Shown: positions 1 to 12,060, counted from the first letter of the whole stretch. The stretch is 63,538 nucleotides of DNA, filler included, from Dicyema japonicum (GCA_011109175.1; 5 parts of 5 records of this genome joined end to end with filler, not necessarily neighbours in it), one strand, 5' to 3'. The notes: generated from the sequence alone by a model not told the origin. Translations and numbers: made by a program.

Positions 1-148
1 AAAATTCAGGCAACCGTCCTGTACGTTCATGCGCGGACACGAAGGAAGAACACCGGGCAAAGATGAGGTCTCTGTTGGAGTGCATCGGGATCACGTGATA
101 ATTTATTTTTGTTTTACCGTGGTCTTGGGTTAAATAAATAAAAATAAA
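1..148 (+). mobile_element. 3' end of an unclassified LINE-like family (copy 1): peptide end, stem-loop and AT tail
   Basis: Reads NSGNRPVRSCADTKEEHRAKMRSLLECIGIT* (TGA 96-98). TCGGGATCACG (85-95) pairs with CGTGGTCTTGG (118-128), followed by a TAAA-rich tail. Homologous to the 7.9, 38.7 and 39.3 kb copies. Confidence 0.6.
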
Positions 149-269
149 ATGACATTTTGAGATGTTCACCATGTTTTGAACACCGCGAGAGCACTATTGT
201 CGGCTGATGGGACTCTGAGACGATCGGGCGGAGTCAATACTGAATTTTCAAATTCGATGATCTAGTCTG

Positions 270-1290
270 AACTATGTGCAAACAACCTGCTAGAAATGGG
301 GGCATTGGGTTGAGATCCTCCCTTGAAGCCGCCCTGCCTGCCTACATTTCATTCCTTGCAAGCTGCAGTCGCTTGGCCCAAGCAGTCCTACGTAACGCAA
401 CCGGACATACCTTGGACTCAGAGCTTGACAGAGTTTGCAAGTTGTGAGGTGAGTTGGACTTATTATTCCCGTCGAACTTCGCTTGCCAGAAGAGTTGGGA
501 CTCAATCGCATGTATGAGCACTCTGGAGGCCGCGAAGAAAAGCGCCAACCAACACCAACTAGCAAGCATTAAGTCGGCCGCATAACGCGGAAATGGAGTC
601 TGGCTCAAGGCTCTACCTTGCCCACATCTGAGGTCTCTCCTTGACGATAACAGCCTGAGGATCTAGGTGACACTGCGCTAGGACTGGACATATGCCAGAG
701 ACACAAATGCCGTTGCGGCGGGGACGTTGATGCGACTAACTTACATCCACTCTCTTGCCAACGGAGTGATGGTCGAGCCCCGCGCCACGAAGCCATCAAT
801 GACATCATTATTCGAGCCCTCAAGGCTGCGGGATTTTCGGCCATATTGGAACCATTGGGCTTAGACAGAGGCGACGGGAAGAGACCGAATGGAATGACGT
901 TATTCCCATACTCCCACGGAAAATCACTTGTCTGGGACGCAACGTGTGTGGACACCTTTTCAGGAGCCAGATTGCTGACGGCGACGCACTTTCCTGGAGA
1001 CGCATCCGACCAGGCGGAGGTCAAGAAGATCCATCAGTACGAATCCCTCGGAGACTATTACCATTTCGCCTCCATTGTTGTGGAGACAACTGGAACTGTA
1101 GCCGCGAATACGGAAGCCTTTCTCCACAGCATTGGGAGCAAACTCGCCTCAAAAAGGTACGAGCCACGGGAGGGACTCTGGTTGTGACAGATTGCTCGAA
1201 ATGGCGATTATCAGAGGTAACTCCTTCGCCATTCTGTCGTCCTAATTATTGCCTAATTTTCATTATTTTAAATAACAATTTATTAACGAA
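270..1290 (+). mobile_element. CRE-like non-LTR retrotransposon, 3' part (RT C-terminus, Zn finger, RLE endonuclease), degenerate
   Basis: Motifs across frames: PARNGGIGLRS..ALPAY, QKSWD, HKCRCG, HPLSC, RHEAINDII.RAL, KRPNGMTLFPYSHGKSLVWDATCVDT, AEVKKIHQY, VETTG. Multiple stops and frameshifts. Confidence 0.88.
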
Positions 1291-1861
1291 AGAGTCATGA
1301 GTTATTTGGAGGGGAATTAAATCTGAGTCTTACCTCTACTTGGACTTTGCACCACGACCCTCTCTCCGTATTTATTCTCTCAAAACGGTTCTCTCTGTGA
1401 TGGCTCCGATCACTAAAAGATTACTTATTCAAGTGTCCAGCACATGTATTGACTGTCTATCACGCATCAACATTTTCGGAAGCGACGTAAATGTAATCTA
1501 CTGTAGAAAAGGGAAGAAATACGAAGGGGTCTTGGACCGGTTCACGTTTGGGAAATTGCAGTAAAACAACTAGAGATATGAACAAGAAGTCTGTCTCTTC
1601 TCAAGAGACTGGGAGGTCTGAATATATTCATAAGTCATGTTCATCAACACAGACGGATACATATCGTTCATTCAGTCGCTAATTTTACCTTCTCTTGTGA
1701 AGTGCCCTTTAAAAAGTAAGCACTTCCGAGTTGCCGTAAGCACGTAAAATGCCCAGGGTTTCGCTCATGCAGAACACACACTTTATTTAAGTAAAGAACA
1801 GTTATTATAACTAATCGTAGAGAGAACCAAGGAATGCTCTTCACTTTTTTGTTTTCTTTTT

Positions 1862-1955
1862 TTTGTGTGTATGTCCCTTTAGACTATCCAGTTCCGCAGT
1901 GAATCTCCACTGATGACGGCGTCACTCTTCAAGCCCTTTTTGCATCGTAGATGCG
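1862..1955 (-). mobile_element. 3' half of the tRNA-derived SINE family, cut by a single-N join
   Basis: Shares CGTCATCAGTG...TTCACTGCGGAAC.GGAT.GTCTA with the 42.8 and 44.2 kb copies. Confidence 0.6.
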
Positions 1956-1956
1956 N

Positions 1957-2877
1957 GGACTCACTATCCCCGGTCCTCTTTATTGTCTACCTTGAGGCCG
2001 CACTAAGAGAGTTCAGACCCCTGGTTGGCAACAATTATAACGAGATAATCTACGCGGACGACCTGGACTTTGTTTCTGAGGATATTCAAGTACTTCAACA
2101 CATGCTTAACGTTCTTCCACACGTATTCTCGAAATGGTTCTTAACCATATTATTGATAAAACAGAGTTCACAACACTTACACGCCAATGATCGAAGATCG
2201 GACGAGTCTTGGAGAAAGCAAAAGAAGGTGGGTTCGCTTCTCGGGGACTCAGAAGATGTTTCTCGAGGAAAATCCTCGCAATGTGTGCACTAAAGAAAGT
2301 ATCGAATATGTGGGGTCATAAGAAGAGGACGGGATTAAACACCAAACTCAGAATATATAAGGCTTTTGTCATCCCGTCCTGACCTACAATTCAGGCACTT
2401 GGGGAATCTCTAAACAAGAGATGGACCGTCTTGACGCTTTCCACAGGACACAATTGAGAATCAGTAATCAAGATCAAGGCCTAAAAGATCTCAAACAATG
2501 ACCTCTACTCGAAGTGCAAATCTGGTATACTATCCGAGGAGATCTTCAGATCAAGATGGAGTCTCTTTGGACATATCTTACGTCTAAATGCTCAAGTACC
2601 CGCGAATATCGCCATGGAAAACTACCTATGCATACGGGAGCCGGTTTCCGTGGAAGACCAAGAGTCAACACTCCCAACTATTTTGAATGGAGACCTGTCG
2701 GCTGTGGGACTGAAGCTCACTTCCGCAGACGACCTAGATACCTTAAGGGAACTGGTACGAAGTGGGGGTCCTGGAAAAGGCTGATAGAGAGGATGGCTAG
2801 AAATAACGGCACAAGGGAGGCTTGATTAATTTTATGACTTCTCGGGAGTGCTTTAAATAATAATAATAATATATCAT
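1957..2877 (+). mobile_element. RTE-like LINE, RT C-terminal half and 3' end
   Basis: DSLSPVLFIVYLEAALRE...IIYADD, KVGSLLGD, FRGRPRV; ends in a (TAA)n tail at about 2860-2877. Confidence 0.9.
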
Positions 2878-2879
2878 CA

Positions 2880-3110
2880 ATATTCAGGTCGAATGTTGAC
2901 AATATATTTTCAATATTCTCCGACAAAGCACAAATCCGACAAGAAATAGTGTTATCTGACAAAGGTATCTTTATTATTTTTTGTTCATATTTATGACCAA
3001 ACATAATCCGGGCAATAATACGACAAGCAGGATTATCAAGTTTTCGCCAATAGTGTGAGGTTTTAGTTGTTTTCCTATCAATTCTGAGATCAGGTATAAA
3101 CATTTCAATG
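2880..3110 (-). pseudogene. hAT/Buster-type transposase fragment (N-terminal to central part)
   Basis: IARIMFGHKYEQKIIKIPLSDNTISCRI..LSENIE matches the Buster/ZBED5-like IPLS(N/D)xTxxRRI signature. Confidence 0.7.
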
Positions 3111-3139
3111 ATTCCTTTGTGTTTACAAAAGTTTCACTG

Positions 3140-3606
3140 AACATGCAAATTATAAATTATACATTGAGGTTTTATTGACAAAAATCGCCCTAATTATCAT
3201 ACAAAACAACTTATTTTTCGTTTTCTGGATTTGCTTAATTTAAATATTCCTCAGTGGATGATTGATCCATTCAAATCCAAAATTTTAAACTCTGATTCCG
3301 AATTAATAGAGGAATTAATAAACTTCAAAAATAATAAATCTTATGAAATTAACTTTCAGAATTTCTCAATTTATCAGTTTTGGCAGAATTCGAAGATTAA
3401 AGAACAGTTTCCAAAATTGTGTAATTCGATTTCTCGGATATTCTTGTACATTCTAACTTCATATTTTATTGAGAGAGGATACAGCTCACTTAATTATTGA
3501 CAAGTGAGCGAAATAAATTGAAAGTTTGTGACATCAGACTTTATGTCGAATCAAGTCTGATATTTAAATTTTGAGTAAAAATCTTCAGTTTCAAGGATCA
3601 CACTAG
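3140..3606 (+). pseudogene. hAT/Buster-type transposase C-terminal dimerisation region
   Basis: WMIDPF, ELIEELI, QFW, FPKL, TSYFIERGYSSL, ending LQFQGSH*; frameshifted. Confidence 0.75.
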
Positions 3607-3799
3607 TTAATGATACATTCACAATAAAATTATATGTTAACCAGCTAAATAAATGAGTTACTTTTTAATAAAAACTGTATAATGAAAAAACTAACAGTCA
3701 ACAACTACTGGCTGGATTCGACAAAACTAACAGTCAACAATTACTGGCTTTTATCCTCTTTAGTGATTTTGAGGTTAATAAAATAAATAAACTACTGGC

Positions 3800-4110
3800 T
3801 GCTCTCATAATTTAGAACTCATTTCCCTCGTCGATTCGCAAGGAAATGTGCTCTCAATTAGCCAGCTCCTTTCTCTCCTATCATTTTTCTTCGCGATGAG
3901 CAATCCGATTCTGTTTAGCATAATCAGTGACCTGCTTCCTATGATTCCTGACTTTTCCATGGCGACTGGTTCAAAAATGAACTGTCCATTAAGACATACG
4001 TATTTCTTCATCTTTAGAATGTCAGTCTTCTCCAAAGCAGAGGCTGGGTTAGTTGCTGCCATAACAAGATTGTAGGGAGAGAAGCTATCCACACATGTGG
4101 CGTCCCTTGT
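3800..4110 (-). mobile_element. CRE-like RLE 3' fragment
   Basis: DATCVDSF...KMKKY...FEPVAME.SG.IG...RERSWLIE. Confidence 0.85.
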
Positions 4111-4480
4111 GGTACTTTGTTGCAATTCTTTCCCACGTCATTATTATTGAAATGACGATGACCTTACAACCAAGCATCTGCTCCATCTCGTTTGCAAGCA
4201 AGTCATACTTCCTTTTTTTCCTCCATCTCCACAGTCTGCAAATAGTCTTGAGACATAATGCCAACTTCATTATAAGGACTTGGCTAAACTCCTTATCGTG
4301 TACTAGAATTCCCGGTTTATTGTGGTTGACTAGCACCGAGGTTCGGATAGCACTGTCTACCTTAATTTGGACCCTGGTGTTCTCTACTACATATTGCACC
4401 TTATGAGTCCGCAACTTTCTGGTGTGACGAATACCATACTTATTGCATAGTAGAAGATCAAGAGGATTCATTATTTTTTA
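4105..4480 (-). mobile_element. R4/Dong-like RLE fragment
   Basis: VQIKVDSAIRT..VNHNKPGILVHDK, EKKRKYDLLANE, ISIIMTWE.IATKYHKG. Confidence 0.82.
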
Positions 4481-4493
4481 TCGATTCGAAAAT

Positions 4494-4554
4494 AATGTCG
4501 CGTGGCTCACCTACGATGTGGTGACATTGCACAATTTATGTGAAAAAGAGCCGC
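4494..4554 (+). ncRNA. HDV-like ribozyme fold at the LINE 5' end, probably inactive
   Basis: P1 AATGTCGC/GTGACATT (4494-4501/4521-4528); P2 GTGGCT/AGCCGC (4502-4507/4549-4554); P3 CAC/GTG with a 7-nt L3; P4 CACA/TGTG. No catalytic C in J4/2. Confidence 0.55.
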
Positions 4555-4599
4555 AAAATCCCTATCCCTTCTTCATTGAGACGTGGATGGTGTCGTACA

Positions 4600-4641
4600 T
4601 TACTACTTATTTCCGGCGATGTCAAACCGAATCCAGGACCG
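4600..4641 (+). other. 2A-like (StopGo) peptide LLLISGDVKPNPGP
   Basis: Matches D(V/I)ExNPGP except E>K (GAA>AAA); lies directly upstream of the APE domain. Confidence 0.78.
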
Positions 4642-5884
4642 CCATTGATTATTGCCCAAATCAACATAAATGGAATTCGAACAAAGATTATTGAACTTTA
4701 CGATTTTTTCAGTCCAACTAGTGGATATCGCTTTAATTCAAGAGCTTACTCATAAAGATTCAACTCCAACGTTTCCTGGATATTACGTGCTCCGGAAAGA
4801 CCGAAATTTGGAAGAGGTGGAGGCTTACATACCATTGTCCATAACCAGATTAATGTTGTGGACCTTTCAAAATTACATATCAAGCTTTATGGACACTGAA
4901 GATCCATTAGAACATCTCAAAGTGAAAATAAAGTTACACCTCACTCCACTCACTATAGCAAATGTGAAAATTTCCTGGATACTCAGTTTTACGCAAAGAT
5001 AGATGTGGAAAAACCTGGGGGAGGCTTACTAACTATCATACGAAACGGGATCCCTTATGAAGCAAGGTTACGTCTTACTCTGATCAATTCATATATACCT
5101 CCTTCATCATCAGCCACTTTCCCAAAACTTTCGTCCATCAGCTCACTAAAAAACGTTCTTTTTTGCGGTGACCTAAATATAAAACATCCGTGCTGGCTGA
5201 GAGGTCAGACGTCAAACAGCGGGGAGATATGCTAATCGAAGACTTGGGTACCTTTTGCATCCTAAACGACCCTAACTTTCACACAAGAAACTCATCAAAA
5301 CAAAATGATAAACCATCATCCCCTGACGTTTCAATCGCGTCTCCGCTTCTGGCTTCTTCAATTTCATGGACCGTGAAATACGAAACTATGAGTGATCATA
5401 ATCCGATCATTTTACAAATACAGTCAAACCCCTCTAAACCGACTCCTCGGTATATTGGAATTCCCTTTAAACCGGACTAACTTCTGGTCCCCATTTTACC
5501 TCATAGGCCATCACTGCTATTTCATCTTCGATATACCGGATTTCCTCTATTCGAATACAGGCCGTATTTTGTGGTCCCAACTTGAATTTTCTTTTATCAT
5601 AAACTGGCCTTCCGACATCAATCTTTGATATAATCCTATGATCGTCTTTAACCCTGAATTACGAACAACTCGACTGAAAATCAAAAACTAAAAGATGATA
5701 GCAAAGAAAACGATTACGTTGCGAATTGTCTTTAAAAAAGAAATTCCACTGGCTGGTTATGCAGGTGGAAGTCCCGTTACTCAATCCTGTATCAGTGGTG
5801 AAAAAGCAAATGTTGACAGTGATGTTGTTTCTGACTGGATAGAACGTGTACCTTTTCTAATTGAGGGATATCNTTCACTCATAA

Positions 5885-7745
5885 TTATTATTATATAGGC
5901 AACTATCATAAAATCATAATTGTTATATTTCCACACGTTAAAGCGATTTTTGGATCGATCTCGTCATCCTCCCCTGTTACAACGCAAACTTCTCATAGTA
6001 TCCAGATCCTATCACTTACGAGCCTCCGGTTGATTTCCTTGAGATCCTCATTCAGCATTTTTCAAATCTTTGGTAAGTGGCATAACGCCACCTAAGCCCC
6101 CAGATCACATCAGCGGTAGATCTGAATCCACTGTGGCTCGATGACAGGAATTTATTCACTGGCTTTTGCACACGATCCAGCACCACCTGAGCAAGAACTT
6201 TTCTTAGCAAATTGAGTAGGATGACTGTTCCAGGTTTTCTACAATGCCCGCCCTCTTATTTGGTTTTTGAATCGGTACAAGAATTCCTTTGCCTAACGGA
6301 AGAAGGTCGTTAGTTGCAAGTATTTCGTTTTATACTTTTGTCACGATTTCCACCAGGACTTAGAATCTCAGCACTTATGTCATCCAGTCCAGACGAGCGA
6401 TTCCACTTCAGTCTTTCTATTGCATTCATAACTTCTCCCACCATGATTTCATTTACAAGATTTCCTGCCTTATCAGCGATTAGGTCCACCTTTTCCACGT
6501 ACGTCAAAGAGTCGTCAGAATGAGCAACAATAAGTTCGGCTTGTTCCGTAGCGTCAAAATTCATTTTCTCTTTGTTATCCTGAATTTTTAGTTAGCCCTT
6601 TTGGTGCCTCCTCTTAAGCAAGCACATTGCCAAAAACATCTGCTCACAATCCTTTAGATTCTCCACTTTCTTAGGCTGGCATCCAAAACGTTTCAACATG
6701 TTCACTGTTTAATTTTCTGATTTTTCTCTGTATCCTAGTCCGTTCTGACTCTAAAAAGCATTTCCTTCTGTATTCGTCATTTTTTAGCGATAGTCAAAGA
6801 TCCTTCTGTTTTGCAGCAAGTGCGAGAACATCGGGGTGGCCCTGATCGGTATCTCGTCGTTGTGCGAACGCCTACCAATGTGTTTGTCTTCAGCCATGTG
6901 AATTTTTTCCATTGTATGCATCCAAGTGATTCCCAGTGGAAGGCCTGTCTCGATTGTTTTGAATAATGTTCCATAGATTATCGATAGATTTTTTCGAGTT
7001 AAGTGAAAAACAAAATCTCTCGACTAGTTATTCTCTCCCTATGAACTGAAATGGCTTTGTACCTGAAGTGCGTGCAAAGCGACTTGTAATGTTAAACAGG
7101 TCCACGACGATCTTGTGGTCGCTTTCTACGACAGTACCTCCGCATGACATCAAGTCCTGTAATAGTGTTCTATCTTTTTTTCAACAAAGAATGTAATCAA
7201 TCTGATTGTAAATCATCACATAGATACCAGATTCATTTCTTCTGCAGCTCGACCAGGAAGTCTTATACCGTGCAGCATGAGCAAACGCAGTGATACACAT
7301 GAATAGACTAAATTACCGCAGTAATTTATCAGCACAGCCCCCGGCAGGTTCATGATCCATTTTCCGTGTCTTTCGATAGTTGATTCATGTTCCTGACGTA
7401 CTCCTTCATTACCATTCTAGTCTCGGCAATGAAAACTAGAAAGACGATTCCAGTTTGCCATAGTCCTCCACAGCTGCACGTAGAAAGCGTCAAGTTCGTC
7501 CGAATCTTTGCCGACCCGTCCACTGTGGGGTGCATAAACATTTATAATTGAGATATGAGGCTCCTCGACGTGCGTTTGACCCCAACTCGTATTTGCAGTA
7601 TGCTGAATCTGTCGTTCACACTCCAACACCGACGTATCCCACTAACAAGTTTTTTGTTCACGTCAAATACCTGTCCATAGTGTCTTGATGACGTTGGTAG
7701 TAAAATGAGTCCATAGTCTCCATCTAGCTCGTCCATTCCAGACTG
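5885..7745 (-). mobile_element. RTE-like LINE, degenerate and internally deleted (APE, RT N-terminus, 3' end)
   Basis: SIINVYAPHSG, YNQIDYI, SDHK, RSSGLDDISAE. Near 6100 it jumps from early RT to the terminal MLNEDL region; (TAA)n tail near 5885. Confidence 0.87.
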
Positions 7746-7749
7746 TACT

Positions 7750-7962
7750 TTGATTTGTGAAGATTACCGAACCGGACCAACGCCTCTGGAAGAAGTTATG
7801 AGACTAGAGTCCAGATGACGAGAATGTGGCTATAAAAATTCAGTCCTGTACGTTCATGTGCGGGAACGAGTAGAGAAAAAATGAGGTCGCTTTAAGAATC
7901 AATCGGGATCACGAGATAATTAGTTTGGTTTTTCCGTGGTCTTGGGTAGTTAAATAAAAAAC
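7750..7962 (+). mobile_element. 3' end of unclassified LINE-like family (copy 2)
   Basis: PVRSCAGT..EKMRSL*ESIGIT followed by the same TCGGGATCACG...CGTGGTCTTGG stem (7903-7945). Confidence 0.6.
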
Positions 7963-8349
7963 AAGGAACCATTTATGCTACACATTTCGAAATTTTTTCA
8001 CTAGGCGTCTACCTCAGTCTCTTCTGTGTGAATCGGTTCGTAGATCTTCTAGGTATGCCACACATTTAAGTTTTATTTCCAATTCAATTAAGATCCTTGT
8101 TAAGAGCCAAAGGAATAGTGACTTTAGGCCCTCCTCTGACGATGGTTTGTTCTCATTGTTAATGTAATTGTTATGCAGAGGCGTTTATGTTCATTCTAAG
8201 CACGTGCCAAACATCTCCATTTTAATAATAAAACATTATTTAAAAAATGTTAATCAATTATTTATTTAAATATATAATATTGTTTGTCATGGTTTGATAA
8301 ATTGTTAGTGTGATTTTTTAAAGTTTATTTAGTGTACCGTAAAGGTCTA

Positions 8350-8880
8350 TTAACGTGTATGCTTACTATACTGGCAGATTTTTAAAAAAACCTGGTGAAC
8401 TAGATGATTTCTACTGTCAATTAAGAAAGATTTACCCAGATTATGAAACTTAATTGATGACATTTATTGCCGGAAACTTTTACGCAAAAGTTAGGATATA
8501 ACGCAATGGAGAAGAATCGTTCATCGGCAGACATGGACAGGAGTGGATAAACACTCAGGGAACACCACTGGCCAATTTTTGTCAAGTGAATGATTTCTTC
8601 CCTGAAAAACTGCATTTATACATCCAGCTCGCTACAGGATCACATGGACTGGCCGTAGAACTGGGCAAACGAATGTGATAGTATATACAATCAAATTGAT
8701 CACTTCATTTGTCGTACTAAGGACAAACCACTACAGCGTGTCCGATGATAAATAGTGACCATAAATGGTTATTGGCATGTTCTGCTCGAAGAAATACTAC
8801 ATTGGCAGGAAGAACTCGACCTAAAAAAGCGCCACCACCTTACCATACACATGCTTTGTTTTTCCAGTTGTCACGATTAT
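8350..8880 (+). mobile_element. RTE-like APE fragment
   Basis: Nucleotide similarity to 49170-49660: INVYA, ELDDFYCQL, IAGNF, ESFIGRHG, MINSDHK. Confidence 0.85.
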
Positions 8881-9779
8881 TATGGGACGGAACGTTAACT
8901 GATCTAACAGCACTTCTTATTTTGTTCTTTAGAACCACATATCATTGTTAAGCGCTAACATCACATTATGGTCTCCTATAGTGACTACTGTATCGGATCG
9001 TCTCCTCACGATTTTATAGGAAATCAATTGGACAAAAATTCTTAGCCGACTAATTATTTTCCAATGGGATAAACTAAGCAAAGTGGATTTCCATATTATG
9101 TGCAAAAACGTTATTTAACGGTAAAAGCAAATTCAATAAATCATTTGACTCAACACCAAGTCCCTTGCATCAGTTTATATTTTATATCGACATCCTGTTT
9201 GTATTTTAAAAAGGAATAATCAAATAATAAAAAAACGATAATATTAAAAGTGGAGACAACATCTTCCCAAAATCTCAACAAATGGAGTGCGACATCTTAT
9301 CATAATTCTCGAGTTATTACCCAATGAGTTCAAAATTATCCTGACAGTACCCACTTTGATGATTTTTAAACACTAAAAACATATATTGATTAAGAACATA
9401 TATCAAATTACTTGATATGAACAAAATTTATAAAAGCATGATTGTTTAATATAGGAACCACTATTGTTTTACCAAAATACATAACAATCAAGATTGCTAG
9501 GTAGACAGTAGGATTCAATAAATATGGCAAAAATTTTTGAGTAAAAAACATGAATTAAATCTATTTTTTAGTTAAATCCAGAGATTACGAAAGCTAGTGA
9601 GACTCCATGACAGTTAAACCTGTTATACCTTGATATCTTAAAAGTCTTTAACTGTGTATGGCATGAAACTCTTCTGGTGTATTGGATGGCCATAAGCTTA
9701 GGAAGTTCGCCAGGCATCATCTAAAACTCTGGATAGGCTCCCTCTCAAATTTGATGTCTGCAGCTCTTTCAAATTGATT

Positions 9780-10500
9780 AGAAAAGATATCATGCTATTA
9801 TATTCAACTTCTCCTCTTTTTTGGAAATCAAATAATTTTTTAAGAGACGGGAGTACAACAAGGCGATCCAATTAATCCTCTCTCTTTTTTCATTGACGAT
9901 CAATCACATTGTCACGATAACTCTACTGTCCTCAATTTGTGATATCTGGATCATTGCATCCTTTTGAAAACCCTGAAAATATACTTTCAATAGTAACCAT
10001 GATTTAAGATAATTATCGCAGGACTGAACTTCAAGTTAACACAAAGAAGTCTGAATGTGATTTCTTGGATGTGGGTAGAATAAGGGAGTCGAAGATCGAA
10101 CATGGATTATTGCCAGTCTACAGCAGACTCACAAATAGAATGAGCAAGAAACACATCGTGTTATATTAAGATATGTCACTCCTGTATAATGGACTTATTC
10201 CACAACTGTTTAATTAAGTCTAAAATTTATATGTATTAATCAGAAACTGGTGGTTCACGGGGAAGAATTCTAATTGACTATAAAGAATGGCACCCCAATA
10301 AAATTCTTTTGAATACACAACAGAAGTAGTTTGGTAGACGGCGGAACACTCGAGGAAAGTTTAAACAGAAGGCGCAAAATTACACCTGATAATAGTCGGG
10401 TCACTGGTAGAACACTTAAGATTGAACTTTTGGAGACTGGTAACCTTTCTTTCTTGATGGTGTTGAGGTTTTTATAATAATGAGTTAATCAACACACCCC
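9780..10500 (+). mobile_element. CRE-like RT fragment, highly decayed
   Basis: GVQQGDP, ..DHI..NSTVLNL.YLD; homologous to 54960-55800. Confidence 0.6.
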
Positions 10501-11222
10501 TGACGTAATCTTTAATCTTTAGAGAATTTACGACAATAATATTCGATTCACATTCCAAAAATCCAAAAGATAATAATTGATTTGAAGAAGAAATTCTCTC
10601 GTATAATCTAAACTATGTACTATCATATTTACAGGTATGACATCCTAACCACTAAGCTACCTGATCCGATAACTTCAGGGAGAGTCATGGCCTTTTGTTA
10701 TGGACATGCACAGCTTAAAGAATTATGAACTCATGGCTTGTATAGCATCACTGACAAAGTTTTTTCAGTGAGACGCATCCACCCTCTTTTCGAGGATGTG
10801 ATTTTTCGAAAAAACCAAGGTCATCTGCTTCATATTGCTTCATTTTTGAATTCCTTAGGTTTTCTTGGATAGTGTACATCCTGGGTTAGTGAACAAGGCA
10901 ACTTTCGGATATTCGAGTCCCTCCACCAATAATTGAATGAACTTGGGGGACCATCTGTCTGATGTTAGTTGCTATAATTCTATCCACGTGACTAGTAATA
11001 ATAAACAAAAAAAACATTTTTACTTGACGGAATATCGGATATAGACCACGCACGTGAATAGAAATAAGATTTCGAAACCTCATGTCTCACTGGTAACTTC
11101 CACACTTATCAATCAAGACAGATTATTTCTTAGCAACTACGTAAAATCATGATTTAATGGATATTCGAAATCTGGAGTCCTTTCATTCTTCTCCACAGTA
11201 AAGAACAAATTCGAATAGTCAA

Positions 11223-11564
11223 TCATAGGCTGCCCAACCCCTCACTACTCCTCTCAATCCCATAAATCCCACAATAGGGAACACTTGTAGTGAAATCAAC
11301 TATTGAGATATCGGTGGTTATTGGGACGAACATGTGCGGATCACGCGCTGAAACTGACCTAGCGTGGGCGAAAATGACCACAGTTTCAGCCTTATCCTCC
11401 AGTAATGACTGAGAAACTGAGAAGCAGCGTTCGTAGAAGTCCTTGAAATTCTCTGATTGTCGATTCCTTAGTTTTTCGACGGAGAATATTGGCTTGTAGT
11501 CCATGTCAATATTGAATCGCATAATTCCAAAAGATAATAATTGATTTGTCTCGTCAAGTCCCAT
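11223..11564 (-). CDS. UBASH3/STS-like (histidine phosphatase/EPPase) C-terminal half; partial gene or pseudogene
   Basis: FNIDMDYKPIFSVEKL...ENFKDFYERCF.V...VVIFAHARS....VPYCG resembles the STS PGM-like domain C-terminus. The N-terminal RHG motif was not found. Confidence 0.6.
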   Translation of the reverse strand: MGLDETNQLLSFGIMRFNIDMDYKPIFSVEKLRNRQSENFKDFYERCFSVSQSLLEDKAETVVIFAHARSVSARDPHMFVPITTDISIVDFTTSVPYCGIYGIERSSEGLGSL

Positions 11565-12060
11565 GCAATAACCAAGAAATGATACTTCATAAAATGAATT
11601 GAGGAAGTAGAATTTTGTGAATTCATTTGATTAATTTACGTAGGTCCACGATAAATAGCAATTCTGTCAATTCAGACTAAAATGTGTCCTGGGAAGGATA
11701 AGATAACAAAGAATAAGCACGATTTGAAATTACCTGACGAAAACGATATAGTAACATTAAGAGATTCTAACGATAATCACTTCCAGTCTGACAGATTTTT
11801 CAAAAATGAATCGCATTCCTAACATAAAGATTTGATTATGAAATGATGATGGGAGATAATATGAAGAGGACACTAAAATACTTATCGACATCGATGATTG
11901 CTGTAGCGGTAACCAATTTTCTTCCGGTTCGCATTAAGTCTCCCACAAAGGTGATACTTCATTCATGTAATGAATTGAGGAAGTACATTTTTGTGAATTC
12001 CTTATATTGATTTACGTAAGTCCACACATATATAATCAACTCCCGTCAACTTCAAACAAA

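Larger units (their letters stand above)
4494..5470 (+). mobile_element. Ingi/I-group LINE 5' part (APE endonuclease), degenerate; probably two related pieces joined near 4970
   Basis: IIAQININGIR, DIALIQE, PGYYVLRKDR, GGGLLTII, LINSYIPP, GDLN.KHPCW, SSPDVSIAS, SDHNPI. The LRKDR..GGGL motif occurs twice (about 4790 and 4990). Confidence 0.82.

Noticed and set aside
1905-1945. CTGATGA as a hammerhead ribozyme core in the SINE 3' half
   Set aside because: No GAAA follows a stem II, and the other copies read TTATGA or TTGATGA.
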